From Heterodontus francisci (Eukaryota): a stretch of DNA of 64,000 nucleotides. Shown here piece after piece: positions 22,227-35,639 of this stretch (position 1 is its first letter; every line of letters starts with the position of its first letter). A program made the position numbers and the translations under genes. The notes under the pieces were generated by a model, which searched no databases, had not been told where the DNA came from, and saw only the letters and a list, made by a program, of their open reading frames with translations. The stretch lies in assembly GCF_036365525.1 (NCBI RefSeq), contig NC_090404.1, positions 13,110,550 to 13,174,549 of the forward strand, written 5' to 3'.

Positions 22227-24134
22227 ATGTTTCTTTTATCAACAAAACACTTGAATATTTGTCAGTATTCCTGGAATTCCTATTCCGAGTTTCAGAATTA
22301 TAGCTGGGGGAAAGGAAATTATGATGCGATTAGGCAAGATTTAGGATGCGTAGGATGGGGAAGGAAACTGCAGGGGATGGGCACAATCGAAATGTGGAGC
22401 TTATTCAAGGAGCAGCTACTGCGTGTCCTTGATAAGTATGTGCCTGTCAGGCAGGGAGGAAGTTGTCGAGCGAGGGAGCCGTGGTTTACTAAAGAAGTTG
22501 AAGCGCTTGTCAAGAGGAAGAAGAAGGCTTATGTTAGGATGAGACGTGAAGGCTCAGTTAGGGCGCTTGAGAGTTACAAGCTAGCCAGGATGGATCTAAA
22601 GGGCGAGCTAAGAAGAGCAAGGAGAGGACACGAGAAGGCATTGGCGGATAGGATCAAGGAAAACCCTAAGGCTTTCTATAGGTATATCAGGAATAAAAGA
22701 ATGACTAGAGTTAGATTAGGGCCAATCAAGGATAGTAGTGGGAAGTTGTGTGTGGAATCAGAGGAGATAGGGGAAGCGTTAAATGAATATTTTTCGTCAG
22801 TATTTACAGTAGAGAAAGAAAATGTTGTCGAGCAGAATACTGAGATACAGACTACTAGGCTAGATGGGATTGAGGTTCACAAGGAGGAGGTGTTAGCAAT
22901 TTTGGAAAGTGTGAAAATAGATAAGTCCCCTGGGCCAGATGGGATTTATCCTAGGATTTTCTGGGAAGCCAGGGAGGAGATTGCAGAGCCTTTGTCCTTG
23001 ATCTTTATGTCGTCATTGTCGACAGGAATAGTGCCGGAATACTGGAGGATAGCAAATGTTGTCCCCTTGTTCAAGAAGGGGAGTAGAGACAGCCCTGGTA
23101 ATTATAGACCTGTGAGCCTTATTTCGGTTGTGGGTAAAATGTTGGAAAAGGTTATAAGAGATAGGATTTATAATCATCTTGAAAAGAATAAGTTCATTAG
23201 CGATAGTCAGCACGGTTTTGTGAAGGGTAGGTCATGCCTCACAAACCTTATTGAGTTTTTCGAGAAGGTGACAAAACAGGTGGATGAGGGTAAAGCAGTG
23301 GATGTGGTGTATGTGGATTTCAGTAAGGCGTTTGATAAGGTTCCCCATGGTAGGCTATTGCAGAAAATACGGAAGTATGGGATTGAAGGTGATTTAGAGC
23401 TTTGGTTCAGAAATTGGCTAGCTAAAAGAAGACAGAGGGTGGTGGTTGATGGCAAATGTTCATCTTGGAGTTTAGTTACTAGTGGTGTACCGCAAGGATC
23501 TGTTTTGGGGCCACTGCTGTTTGTCATTTTTATAAATGACCTGGATGAGGGTGTAGAAGGGTGGGTTAGTAAATTTGCAGATGACACGAAGGTCGGTGGA
23601 GTTGTGGATATTGCCGAAGGATGTTGTAGGTTACAGAGGGACATAGATAGGCTGCAGAGCTGGGCTGAGAGATGGCAAATGGAGTTTAATGCGGAAAAGT
23701 GTGAGGTGATTCACTTTGGAAGGAGTAACAGGAATGCAGAGTACTGGGCTAATGGGAAGATTCTTGGTAGTGTAGATGAGCAGAGAGATCTTGGTGTCCA
23801 GGTACATAAATCCCTGAAAGTTGCCACCCAGGTTAATAGGGCTGTTAAGAAGGCATATGGTGTGTTAGCTTTTATTAGTAGGGGGATCGAGTTTCGGAGC
23901 CACGAGGTCATGCTGCAGCTGTACAAAACTCTGGTGCGGCCGCACCTGGAGTATTGCGTGCAGTTCTGGTCACCGCATTATAGGAAGGATGTGGAAGCTT
24001 TGGAAAGGGTGCAGAGGAGATTTACTGGGATGTTGCCTGGTATGGAGGGAAGGTCTTACGAGGAAAGGCTGAGGGACTTGAGGTTGTTTTCGTTAGAGAG
24101 AAGGAGGAGGAGAGGTGACTTAATAGAGACATAA
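22227..24134 (+). CDS. CR1 ORF2 reverse transcriptase fragment (635 aa; the first about 24 codons are flank)
   Basis: KSPGPDGIYPR, NYRPVSL, QHGF, SGVPQGSVLGP, FADD and LEYCVQFWSP motifs; frameshift near 24130. Confidence 0.85.
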   Translation: MFLLSTKHLNICQYSWNSYSEFQNYSWGKGNYDAIRQDLGCVGWGRKLQGMGTIEMWSLFKEQLLRVLDKYVPVRQGGSCRAREPWFTKEVEALVKRKKKAYVRMRREGSVRALESYKLARMDLKGELRRARRGHEKALADRIKENPKAFYRYIRNKRMTRVRLGPIKDSSGKLCVESEEIGEALNEYFSSVFTVEKENVVEQNTEIQTTRLDGIEVHKEEVLAILESVKIDKSPGPDGIYPRIFWEAREEIAEPLSLIFMSSLSTGIVPEYWRIANVVPLFKKGSRDSPGNYRPVSLISVVGKMLEKVIRDRIYNHLEKNKFISDSQHGFVKGRSCLTNLIEFFEKVTKQVDEGKAVDVVYVDFSKAFDKVPHGRLLQKIRKYGIEGDLELWFRNWLAKRRQRVVVDGKCSSWSLVTSGVPQGSVLGPLLFVIFINDLDEGVEGWVSKFADDTKVGGVVDIAEGCCRLQRDIDRLQSWAERWQMEFNAEKCEVIHFGRSNRNAEYWANGKILGSVDEQRDLGVQVHKSLKVATQVNRAVKKAYGVLAFISRGIEFRSHEVMLQLYKTLVRPHLEYCVQFWSPHYRKDVEALERVQRRFTGMLPGMEGRSYEERLRDLRLFSLERRRRRGDLIET

Positions 24135-24460
24135 GATAATCAGAGGGTTAGATAGGGTGGATAGTGAGAGTCTTTTTTCCCCGGATGGTGATGACAAACA
24201 CGAGGGGACATAGCTTTAAGTTGAGGGGTGATAGATATAGGACAGATGTTATAGAGGTAGTTTCTTTACTCAGAGAGTAGTAGGGGCGTGGAACGCCCTG
24301 CCTGCAACAGTAGTGGACTCGCCAACTTTAAGGGCATTTAAGTGGTCATTGGATAGACATATGGATGAAAATGGAATAGTGTAGGTCAGATGGTTTCACA
24401 GGTCGGCACAACATCGAGGGCCAAAGGGCCTGTACTGCGCTGTAATGTTCTATGTTCTCT
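22299..24460 (+). mobile_element. Young 5'-truncated CR1 LINE
   Basis: Nearly uninterrupted ORF2 and tail gggcctgtactgcgctgtaatgttctatgttct. The empty site is visible at 39350-39385 (tttcaga|cacttcagtg). Confidence 0.92.
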
Positions 24461-25189
24461 ATACTTCAGTGTCAAGTGGACCAGGTGTTTAAAGGTCGTT
24501 CATTTCCCTATTTCCATGTTGCTGTTGGTTCAAGATACAGAGATTGATTTCCCCCTCATTATCTAGCTGTTTGTGATATTTAGTGAGACAAACTCTCACA
24601 TTTCTGCACATTTATTAGTTAAACAAACATCCTTTCTGTTAGCAATGAGACCCATTCTGTCCTGGGGGAGATGCCTGGTGGCTTCAGCCTTTAAAATTCT
24701 TATCCTTGTGTTTAATTCCATCCCTGGCCTCACCCCTCCCGATCTCTGTGACCTGCTCCAGCCCTCTTAATAAGGAGAAACTGTTTCCAGTGTCAGAAGG
24801 GTCAGTACGCAGATTGAAGGTAATTGGCAAAAGAACCAGAGGCAACATGAGGAAAAACAAGTTATGCATTGAGTTGTTATGATCTGGAATACACTACCTG
24901 AAAGGGTGGTAGAAGAAAATTCAATAGTAACTTTCAAGAGGGATAAATACTTGAATTGGAAAGATTTGCCAGACTATGGGGAAAGGACAGGAGAGTGGGG
25001 CTATATTACATAGCTCTTTCAAAGAGACGGCATGTGCATGATGGGCTGAATGGCCTCTTGTGCTGTGTCATTCTATGATTTTATTGAATTTTGCGTTCCT
25101 CCAATTCTGGCCTCTTACTCATCAATAACCTGCTCACCTATACTCGGTTTGGGCTTCACCAGAGCCATTCAGCTGCCCGACGACCTTAC

Positions 25190-27915
25190 AGCACTGACCC
25201 ATACGTGGACAAAACAGCTGAATTCCCGAGGTGAGAGTGACTGCCCTTGACATCAGGGCAGCATTTGACCAAGTGTAGCATTAAGGAGCCCGAGTAAAAT
25301 TGTCGTCAATCGGAATCAGGATAGAAAAGAAACTCTGGCTGGAGTCCTACTTAGCACAAAGGAAGGTGGTTGTGGTTGTTGGAGGCCAATAATCTCAGCC
25401 CCACGATATTGCTGCAGGAGTTCCTCAGTGCAGTGTCCTAGACCCAACCATCTTCAGCTACTTCATTAATAACCTTCCTTTGTCAGAAATGAGGATTGTT
25501 GTAGCTGATTGCACAGTGTTCAGAACCGTTCACATGCCTCAGATAATGACATAAGAACATACGAATTAGGAGCAGGAGGAGGCCACTCGGCCCCTCGAGC
25601 CTGCTCCACCATTCAACAAGATTATGGCTTATCTTTTTGTAACCTCAACTCCACATTACCACCTACCCCCAATAACCTTTCACCCCCTTGCATATCAACA
25701 ATCTATCTACCTCTGCCTTAAAAATATTCAAAGACTCTGCTTCCACCCCTTTTTGAGGATGAGAATTCCAAAGACTCACAACACTCTGAGAGAACAAAAG
25801 TTCTCCTCATCTCTGTCTTCAATGGGCGACCGCTTATTTTTGAACAGTAACCCCGAGTTCTCAATTCTCCCACAAGGGGAAACATCCTTTCCACATCCAC
25901 TCTGTCAAGACCCCTCAGGATCTTATACATTTCAATCAAGTCGCCTCTTACTCTTCTAAACTCCAGCGGATACAAGCCTAGCCTGTCCAGCCTTTCCTCG
26001 TAAGACAACCCACCCATTCCAGGTATTAGTCTAGTAGAACTGCTTCAAACACATTTATATCCTTCCTTAAATAAGACCAGTACTGTACACAGTACTCCAG
26101 ATGTGGTCTCACCAATGCCCAGTATAGCTGAAGCATAACCTCCCAACTTTTGTATTCCATTCCCCTTACGATAAACGATAACATGCTATTAGCTTTCCTA
26201 ATTACTTGCTGTACCTGCATACTAACTCTTTGCGATTCATGCACTAGGACTCTGCATCTCCGAGATCTGCAATCTCTCAATGTTTAGATAACATGCTTCT
26301 TTTTCATTCTTCCTGCCAAAATGGACAATTTCACATTTTCCCACATTATACTCCATTTGCCAGATCTTTGCCCACTCACTTAACCTATCCATATCCCTTT
26401 GTAACCTCCTTATGTCCTCTTTGCAGGTTACTTTCCTACCTCTCTTTGTGTCATCAACAAATTTAGTTACCATACCTTCGGTCCTTTCCTCTAAGTCATT
26501 TATATAAGTTGTAAAAAGGTGAGGTCCCAGCACAGATCCCTGTGCCACACCACTCATTACATTTTGCCAACCAGAAAATGACCCATTTATGCCTGCTCTG
26601 TTTCCTGTTAGCTAGCCAATCTTCTATCCATGCCAATATGTTACCCCCTACACCATGACCTTTTATTTTCCGCAATAACCTTTGATGTGGCACCTTATCA
26701 AATGCCTTCTAGAAATCTAAGTACAATGCATCCACCAGTTCCCCTTTATCCACAGCACATTTTACTTCTTCAGAGAACTCCAATAAGTTGGTTAAACATG
26801 ATTTCCCTTTCACAAAACCATGTTGACTCTGCCTGATATCCTTGAATTTTTCTAAATGTCCTGCTATAATTACTTTAATAATAGCTTCTAATATTTTCCC
26901 TAAGACAGATGTTAAGCTAACTGGCCTGTAGTTTCCTGCATTCTTCCTCCGTTTTTGAATGGAGGAATTACATTTGCTATTTTCAAATCTCACGGAACCT
27001 TCCCCGAATCAAGGGAACTTTGGAAAATTAAAACAATGCATCAACTATCTTGCTAGCCAGTTCTTTTAAGCCCTTAGGATGAAGTCCATCAGGACCCGGG
27101 GACTTGTCAGCCCACAGCCCCAACAAGTTGATCAGTACTGCAGTCTGTGCATGCATGCAGCAAGACATGGGCAACATTCGAGGTTGGGCTGAAAAGTGGC
27201 AAGTAACGTTCATGCCACACAAGTGTCAGGCAATGGCCATCACCAACATGACAGAGTCTAACCAATTCCCCTTGACATCCATAGTCGAATCTCCCATCAT
27301 CTACATTGACCAGAAACTGAACTGGACCAGCCACCTAAATACTGAGGCGACAAGAGCAGGTCAAAGGCTGGGAATTCTGCGCTGAGTAACTCACCTCTTG
27401 TCTCCCCAAAGCATGCCCGCTGTCCACAAGGCACAAGTCAGGCGTGTGATGGAATACTCTCCACTTGTCTGGATGGGTGCAGCTCCAACAACACTCAAGA
27501 AGCTCGTCACCATCCAGGACAAAGCAGCCCGCTTCATCAGAAGCCCATCCACCATGTTGAACATTCACTCCCTCCACCGCCACAGTGGCAGCAGTGTCTC
27601 CCATATACAAGATGCACTGCAGCAATGCTCCTTCAACAGCACCTCCCAAAACCACAATCCCTACCACCCACAAGGGTAGCAGGTGCCTGGGAATACCACT
27701 GACTTCAAATTGCCCTCCAAGTTACACACAATTCTGACTTGAAAATATTTTGGCATTCCTTCACTGTCACTGGGTCAAAATCCTGGAACTTGCTACCTAA
27801 CAGCACTGTGGGCAGCAACAGTTCAGGAAGGTGGCTCACCATCTCAAAGGCAATTCGGGATGGGCAATAAATGCTGGCTTTGCAGTGATGCTCAGATCCC
27901 ATGAATGGATTATGA
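25190..27915 (+). mobile_element. CR1-group LINE fragment (family of 4955-8393) split by an antisense CR1
   Basis: 25190-25550 matches 7140-7530 and 27135-27915 matches 7540-8380. Confidence 0.8.
25550..27135 (-). mobile_element. CR1 3' portion, degenerate
   Basis: KSPGPDGLHP, NYRPVSL, GVAQGSVLGP, FVDD and LEYCVQYWS motifs on the minus strand. Confidence 0.88.
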
Positions 27916-27985
27916 CAAGAAAGAAACTAGAATTGTTTATTCTGAATTTCTATTCTGTACTGAATTGTGGAAACTGCTTTGACAG

Positions 27986-28574
27986 GGTATTGGAACGGGA
28001 AGATTTGCAGATGGGGAACTCACAGCAAACATCACCTCAAAATCTGACTCACTCAGTATATCAGGAGCTGAATGTCATTGGCTTTTTAATATAGAAGGAG
28101 AAATGTTTTAACCAGTTACATGGCCTGAAGAAACATTGCATCATTCACAGTTGGGAGAAATCGTTCAGGTGTTCTGTGTGGGAATGAGGTTTGAACTGAT
28201 CACCCAACCTGGAGATACAGGAGGACACCGGCATCACGGAGAAACCGTGGAAATGTGGGGACTGTGGGAAGGGATTCAGTTCCTCATCAAAGCTGGAAAC
28301 TCATCGGCGCAGTCACACTGGGGAGAGGCCGTTCACCTGCTCCATGTGTGGGAAGGGATTCACTCACTCATCCAACCATCCGAGACACCAGCAAATTCAC
28401 ACTGAGCAGAGTTCATTCGTCTGCTGCCTGTGTGGGAAGGTATTCAGTCATCCATTGAACCTTCTGAGACACCAGCAAATTCACACTGGGGAGAGGCTGT
28501 TCACCTGCTCTGTATGTGGGAAGGGATTCACTCAGTCATCCTACCTGCTGTCACACCAGCGAGTTCACATGTGA
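27986..28574 (+). pseudogene. C2H2 ZNF D, truncated (4 fingers); inverted paralog of ZNF A
   Basis: Acceptor tttgacag|g. The same deletion and TGAs as ZNF A (gaatgaggtttgaactgatc). ACG at the MEKPW position. Confidence 0.8.
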
Positions 28575-28679
28575 CTGCAGGGGTTAGATTCTGCTGTTAT
28601 TGTTGCTGTTAATTACATTCAGGACTGAATCTCGTTCATTCTGACAGTTGGGATTTGTTTCTGCTTGTGTTATTAAACA

Positions 28680-29300
28680 GCAGCTCATTTATATGGATTA
28701 TTATTCTGGATAAATGTCAAATAACATGTCAAGCTGTGTTTTAAACACATTGTTGTAGATTTTTGTCTTTCCCACCTGAGTGTTTAGCATCACCTGGCTG
28801 GAGCTCAGAAAGGACAATCTGGGGGGAGGATCGTACAGCAGGAACAGAACTTCAGCCTGGACACAGTCCTTCAGGATCACACTGAGAGGGACAAACGGCA
28901 CTTTGGTCTTTCTCGTCTCTCTTCACTGAGAGTAAAGTCCCCGTGTGGGTTAATCCTGAGGTGTGTAAGAAATGTGTCCCAGCCGCTCTCTTTCAGGGTC
29001 AGAGCTCCTGGGTACTGTACAGAAGGTTCCTTTACAGCGGTGTTTGGAGTCAGGAAGAACTCCAGAATGTTGGAAACGTGCTGTCAAATCAGAGATTGAT
29101 GTAAAACTGTGGATTTTTTGTGAATGAAAGTGAAATGGCTGGTTTAAATTTCCAGTCTGAAAATGACTGTGGTAATTATTCTACCAAGCTTTAATGTGTT
29201 TGTAGGATAGCTCATCGATTACCAATTTAAGACAATTGTTAACTTATTTAAAATAACCCCATTTAAAATAAATTGGTTAAACACTGTATGAACATTATAG
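28680..29300 (+). repeat. ZNF-associated 3' conserved element, copy B
   Basis: Aligns with copies A, C and D; AATAAA near 29267. Confidence 0.85.
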
Positions 29301-29724
29301 AATCATAGAATAGTACAGCACAGAAGGAGGCCATTCAGCCCCTTGTGTCTGTGCTGGCTGTCCGAGAGTGTGGTGGAGGCAGGTTCAATTGAGCCGTTCA
29401 AGTAGGAATTGGATTGTTATCCGAAAAGGAAGAATGTGCTATGGGGAGAAGGCAGGGGAATGACTGTGATAAACTGTTCTTTCGGAAAGCCAGCACAGAC
29501 ATGATGGGCAGAATGGCTTCCTTCTGTGTTGTAACAATTGTGTGGTCTAAGCAAGGTTCTCTATACATTTAATAGTACTTCCCTGCTGTTACATTTAAGT
29601 CCTCTCGTTGAACCTGGGGACTTCCTTTGCTCTCTTTATAGCTTTATAAACGTGTGTTGTTGCTTTTAGTGATTTACGTGGGTGTATTCCAGATCTCTTG
29701 CTCCTCCGCTCCTTTTAATTTCTT

Positions 29725-30155
29725 ACATTCTATTTACAATTTATATCAATGACTTAAATGAAGGGACCGAATGTATGGTAGCTAAATGTACTGATGACAC
29801 CAAGATAGGAAGGAAAGTATGTTGTCAAGAGGAGGTAAAGAGTCTGCAAAGGGATATAGACAGGTTCAGTGAGTGGGCAAAAATTTAGCAGATGGAGTAT
29901 AATGTGAGAAAATGTGAACTGGTTCACTTTGGCAGGAAAAATAGAAAAGCAGTATACTATTGAAATGGAGAGAGATTGCAGAACTCAGTGGTACAGAGGG
30001 ATCTGGGTGTCCTGGTAGATGAATCACAAAAGTTTACTATGCAGGTACAGCAAGTGATTAGGAAGACAGATGGAATGTTGATGTTTATTGCAAGGGGAAT
30101 TGAGTATAGAAGTAGGGAGGTTTTACTGCAGCTGTACAGAGCCTTGCTGAGACCA
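29725..30155 (+). mobile_element. CR1 RT fragment
   Basis: LFTIYINDL, TDDTKIG and QRDLGVLV motifs. Confidence 0.8.
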
Positions 30156-31290
30156 TAGAGAACCATAGAAAGTTTACAGCACAGAAAGAGAGCACTTGGC
30201 TCTTCATGTCTGTGCCGGCCGAAAAATAAGCCACTCAGCCAAATCACACTTTCCAGCATTTGGTCCACAGCCTTGCAGCTTACGGCACTTGAGGTACATA
30301 TCCAGACTCCTTTTCAATGAGCTGAGGGTTTCTGCCTCTACCACCCTTTCAGGCAGTGAGTTCCTGACCCCCACCACCCTCTGGGTGAAAAAAAACATTT
30401 ACTCATCTCCCCTCTAATCTTTCTATCAATCACTTTAAATCTATGACCCCTCGTCACTGACCTCTCTGCTAAGGTGAATAGGCCCTTCACCTCCACTCTA
30501 TCCAGGCCTCTCATAATTTTGTACATTTCAATCAGATCTCCCCTCAGCCTTCTCTGTTCCAAGGAGAACAACCCCAGCCCATCCAATCTTTCCTCATAGC
30601 TGCATTTTTCCAGTCCTGGCAACATCCTCGTAAATATCCTCTGTACCCTCTCTAGTACAATTACATCATTTCTGTAACGAGGTGACCAGAACTGCACACA
30701 GTACTCAAGTTGTGGCCTAACCAATGAGTTATACAGTTCCAGCATAACCTCCCTGCTCTTATATTGTCTACCTCGGCTAATAAAGGAAAGGATTCTATAT
30801 GCCTTCTAACCACCTTATCGACCTGTCCTGCTACCTTCAGGGATCTGTGGACATTCACTCCAAGTTCCCTCACTTCCTCTACACCTCTCAGTATTCTCCC
30901 ATTAATCATGTATTCCTTTGCCTTGTTTGACCTCCCCAAATGCATCACCTCACACTTCTCTGGGTTGAATTCCATTTGCCGCTTTTCTGCCCATCTGACC
31001 AGCTCATTGATATCTTCCTGCAGTTTATAGCTATTCTCGTCACTATCAACCATACGGCCAATTTTGTGTCATCTGCAACCTTCTTGATCATGCCCCCTAC
31101 ATTTACTTCCTAATTGTTAATATATACCACAAAAAGCAGGGGACCCAGTATAGAGCCCTGAGTAATGCTACTGGAAACAGCCCTCCAGTCGCAAAAAAAA
31201 AACTGTCAACAATTACCCTTTGTTTCCTGCCACTGAGCCAATTTTGTATCCAGCTTGTGACATTCCCCTGAATCCCATGGGCTTTGTCTT
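30155..31290 (-). mobile_element. CR1 3' portion
   Basis: LEYCVQFWSP and RRLRGDLIEMYK motifs; same subfamily as 39390-40600. Confidence 0.88.
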
Positions 31291-31497
31291 GCATAGGTCC
31301 AGACCAGGTGGCAGCTCCCTTCACTGAAGGATGTTAGTGAACCAGTTGGGGTTGTACGACAATCCAACAGCTGTCATGATCAATATTTCCGAGTGCCGGC
31401 CTCTCAAATTCATTCAACTCAATTTCACATCCTGCCTGTGTGTTTTTGTGGGTTCCATCTCACTTTTCCTTTTTCCTTTTTTAAATTCATTTTACAG

Positions 31498-32382
31498 GGC
31501 ATTAGAAGGGAAGTATGGACAGACAGGGAAACTCAAAGCAAATATCACATCAAGATCTGACAGAGATGCTTAATTCATCGGTATCTAAATATCATTGACC
31601 TTTGAACATGGAAGCAAAAAGATCTGTTCATGGTGGGGAGAAACCGTACACATGTTCTGTGTGTGGACGAGGCTTCAGTCGATCATCTGGCCTGTCGAAA
31701 CACAAGCGCAGTCACAGTAGGGAGAAACCGTGTAAATGTGGGGAATGTGGGAAGGGATTTAATTACCCGTTTGATCTGGAAAGTCATCGATGCACTCATA
31801 CCGGGGAGAGACCAGTCACCTACTCCGTGTTTGAGAAGGGATTCACTTATTCATCCACCCTGCTGAGACACCAGCAAATTCACACTGGGGAGAGGGGATT
31901 CACTCGCTCTGTGTGTGGGAAGAGTTGCATGTTTTACTCTGCCGTGCTGAGACAACAGCAAGTTCACAATGATGAGAGACAGTTTCATTGTGCTGACTGT
32001 GACATGAGTTTTAAGAGCTGAAATGCACTGAGTGAGCACCAGCACATTCACACTGGTTACACATTGTTCAGCTGCTCTCACTGTGGGAAGAGGTTCGGGC
32101 AAACGTCCAGCTTGTTGATACACCAGTGAGTTCACACCGGGGAGAGGCCTTTCAAATTCCCAGACTGTGGGAAGTGCTGGGGAGCTGACGCACCTTCAGC
32201 CAGTTCACACTGAGGAGAGACCGTTCAGGTGCTCTCACTGTGGGACTGGCTTCAGGCGATCAGCTGACCTCACTGTACACCAACGTACTCATACTGGGGA
32301 GAGGACATTCACCTGTTCCATGTGTGGGAAGGGATTTACTCATTCATCCACCCTGCTGAGACACCAGCGAGTTCACAAGTGA
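31498..32382 (+). pseudogene. C2H2 ZNF E, disrupted
   Basis: Acceptor ttttacag|g, ATG 31608 ([16 protein letters not shown]), degenerate fingers, stops at 32019 and about 32128, later frameshifts. Confidence 0.8.
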
Positions 32383-32579
32383 CTGCAGGAGTTGGATTCT
32401 GCTGTTAATCAGATCAAGGACTGAACCATGTTCATCCTGTCAGGTGGGATCTGTTTCTGCTGATGTTAATAAACTCCAGCCCAGTTAGAAGGGCTAATAT
32501 TCTGGACAATTGCCAAATCAGCTTTATATGAAACACAGTGTGTCAATTCTTTTTAACATATCTAAGACAAGATAGTTCC

Positions 32580-32825
32580 TTTCAAAGTGCTCTCCCTGTA
32601 GTTTCAAGGGAAGCAGTTTGTGCACAGCAAGATCACACAAACAGCAATGAGGTGAGTGACTGCTTAATCAAGTTTTTATGGTGGTGTTGGTTGAAGCAGG
32701 AATGTTTGTCCCACTGCACCAGGAGATCTCCCCTGTGGACACTATGTGGAGTTGGTGAAGTCTCCTGAGATGAGAGTGGAGCAGATCGAGCTGTGGGACC
32801 TGCAGTGTACTTTGAACAATCAGTG
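32580..32825 (-). mobile_element. Decayed Deu-domain (AmnSINE1/SacSINE1-like) SINE fragment
   Basis: tgcacagcaagatcacacaaacagcaatg...gttggttgaagcaggaat resembles the reverse Deu domain; recognised from memory only. Confidence 0.4.
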
Positions 32826-33198
32826 GTCTCTCCTCATAATTCACTGGGGACAGAGGGTGATGAAAAGACATTGTTGGTCACAAGACTGCTGTTTTCACTG
32901 TAATTGTGAGATGGAACTGTGATCAAAACAGATGTCTCCTGAAGTTGACTTGGATTAATATTCCTGTCTTTTTTCTTCTGGAAATCTCAGGGTATATCAC
33001 AGTTTTCCACAGCCTTACAGACACTTCGTCAACTCCAAGTCACAGCTGACAGTTAAATTACCTGAGGGCTGAATGGACTCTCGAAACTCTCTCACTGTGT
33101 ATTGTAAAAGAATGGGATCAGGCCTATCCTAAACCATCTTTTCTTCAATTCATTTCTTTCCTGTATATATATTTCTCATTGACTGTTCAATGTGTGTT

Positions 33199-33793
33199 CT
33201 TCTTCTTCTTTGGCCTCCTTGTCTCGAGAGACAATGGGTAAGCGCCTGGAGGTGGTCAGTGGTTTGTGGAGCAGCGCCTGGAGTGGCTATAAAGGCCAAT
33301 ATTAGAGTGACAGACTCTTCCACAGGTGCTGCAGAAGAAATTGTTTGTCGGGGCTGTTACAGTTTGCTCTCCCCTTGCGCTTCTGTCTTTTTTCCTGCCA
33401 ACTAAGTCTCTTCAACTCGCCACACTTTAGCCCTGCCTTTATGGCTGCCCGCCAGCTCTGGCGATCGCTGGCAACTGACTCCCACGACTTGTGATCAATG
33501 TCACAGGACTTCATGTCGCGTTTGCAGACGTCTTTAAAGCGGAGACATGGACGGCCGGTGGGTCTGATACCAGTGGCGAGCTCGCTGTACAATGTGTCTT
33601 TGGGGATCCTGCCATCTTCCATGTGGCTCACATGGCCAAGCCATCTCAAGCGCCGCTGACTCAGTAGTGTGCATAAGCTGGGGATGTTGGCCACCTCGAG
33701 GACTTCTGTGTTGGAGATACGGTCCTGCCACCTGATGCCAAGTATTCTCCGGAGGCAGCGAAGATGGAACGAATTGAGATGTCGCTCTTGGCT
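33199..33793 (-). mobile_element. RTE-clade LINE 3' fragment
   Basis: RRLRWLGHVSHMEDGRIPKD...RFKDVCKRDMK motif, (aag)n tail, 10-bp TSD aatgtgtgtt at 33189-33198 and 33794-33803. Confidence 0.9.
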
Positions 33794-35639
33794 AATGTGT
33801 GTTAATAAATGAATTTATCCATCTGGTTAAGTCAATTTGATCCCCCTTTATACTGTTCCCCTAACTCCAGTTTGCTCCAATCAGTAAATTTCAGATAACT
33901 AGAAGCCGCTCCACCCACTGTTCTGTATTTCTCTGTTTGAAATGAATTGTACAAAAACCAGTGTCCCAGACGAGACCCCTGCAGAATTCTCTTTTCAATG
34001 AACAAACCACTTCTAACTTCCGGTTGGTCATTTTGACATTAAAGAAATAACAGTCGTTACGACCAAGGCGGGAGTTAATTGTTAATTCAGATCCACTACT
34101 CCACAGGTCACAGGATATTAAGAAAGTTTCCCACATACCAAAGAATAGCTAAATTAGACACTCTGTTTGTCCCCCAGAATAAAGGACACCAAACCAGGTT
34201 CCTTTAAACAACAGTAACTATTTATTAGAAAATAAATAATAAGTCTGAACACTAACATAGGAATATAGGAGCAGGAGTAGGCCATTCAGCCCATTGCGCC
34301 TGCCTCGCCATTCAATACGATCGTGGCTGATCATCCACTTCAATGCCTTTTCCCCCACACTATCCCCTTATGTCATTGGTATTTAGAAATCTGTCAATCT
34401 CTGCTTTAAATATACTCAATGACTGAGTTTCCACAGCCCTCTGGGGTAGAGAATTCCAAAGAGTCCCCCTCTTTTGTGAAGACAGGCGCAAAGTATTCAC
34501 CTCTCATTCAACTGCTTAGGACTCACAGCAACAACACAGAAGTAGAAACTTTCTGCAGGTTCCAGGGTTTCCCAAAACATAGGAGGCAATAGGAACCACA
34601 CTGGATGCAGGAATTCTTTCGAGACAGGAGCCAATAGAAATCTGCCACCTTTCAAATGCAGGATTTCTTTTCAAGAGATGCAGGTTTCCTTCAGAGAGAG
34701 AGGTCTTTTCTCTGGTCTCCCGGCAGGTCACAGCCAGATTTCAAAAATGCCTGCTCCTTGTCCAACTCACTGGTCCTTTACAATCCGAAAGTGAACCTAA
34801 ACTTCGACTATCAAGTCACACGACAATCATAAATCTTGACCTATCCCCTGCTGAATTTGGAAACAGGTGCCTTGCAGTATTTCACTCAATCCAAACTCAA
34901 GTTTCAGCACTCAATGTCCACAGAAAAATCCTTTTCTGTTTTTTTTTTAAAACACAGAATTCTAAGTTTTTAAATACAAAACAAAGCCTTGTAACACTGT
35001 TCAATTTGATATTTCATTGTAACCAATTCGCAACTATTCACCACTCCAATAATCAGCAGAAAAAGCAAATCTTACATTCAAAACATTTGATTTCAGTTCA
35101 GTGGGTTCTGATTCTCACTTTACAAGCTGGAAGTGACATCAGTGATGGAGTTACAAAAATACCCAGCTTATTTCAAGAGTGCAGTCTGAGACTCAGGCCT
35201 GGAGTTTCCTCTCGTCAGCACAATCTCACTTTTACATAATGTTTTAAGCTTCGTTAATTATTTGTGCCCAGACTGCACGTCTCTCTGTGTGAAAATGCCA
35301 AGGAAACTCCAGGTCTGGATGTGGTGTACAGGGCAGTTCAACTACTGCTGGATACAACTGCAACATTATTACCTTTAAAGCAATCACATTCTGTGTAACT
35401 GAGGCCATTGATCTGTGTCCAGTTATTTCAGTCAAGTTCCAGTTACTATCCTCCAGTCCTCATGAAAGGCCACACTGTTATACACCTAATGATATCCAGA
35501 ATGCTGAAACCAACATTGAGGAAAAAAACCACAAAATGACTGCAGGCTCAGCAGAATATCAGTAAAATTTTTCAGCCTTAGAGTTAGATGATTTTCAGTG
35601 TTTATTTTCACCGTTTTATTCAAATACATTTTATTTTTA

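Noticed and set aside
33950-35000. Possible additional LTR on the minus strand
   Set aside because: Composition is suggestive, but I could not define termini, a TSD or a second copy.
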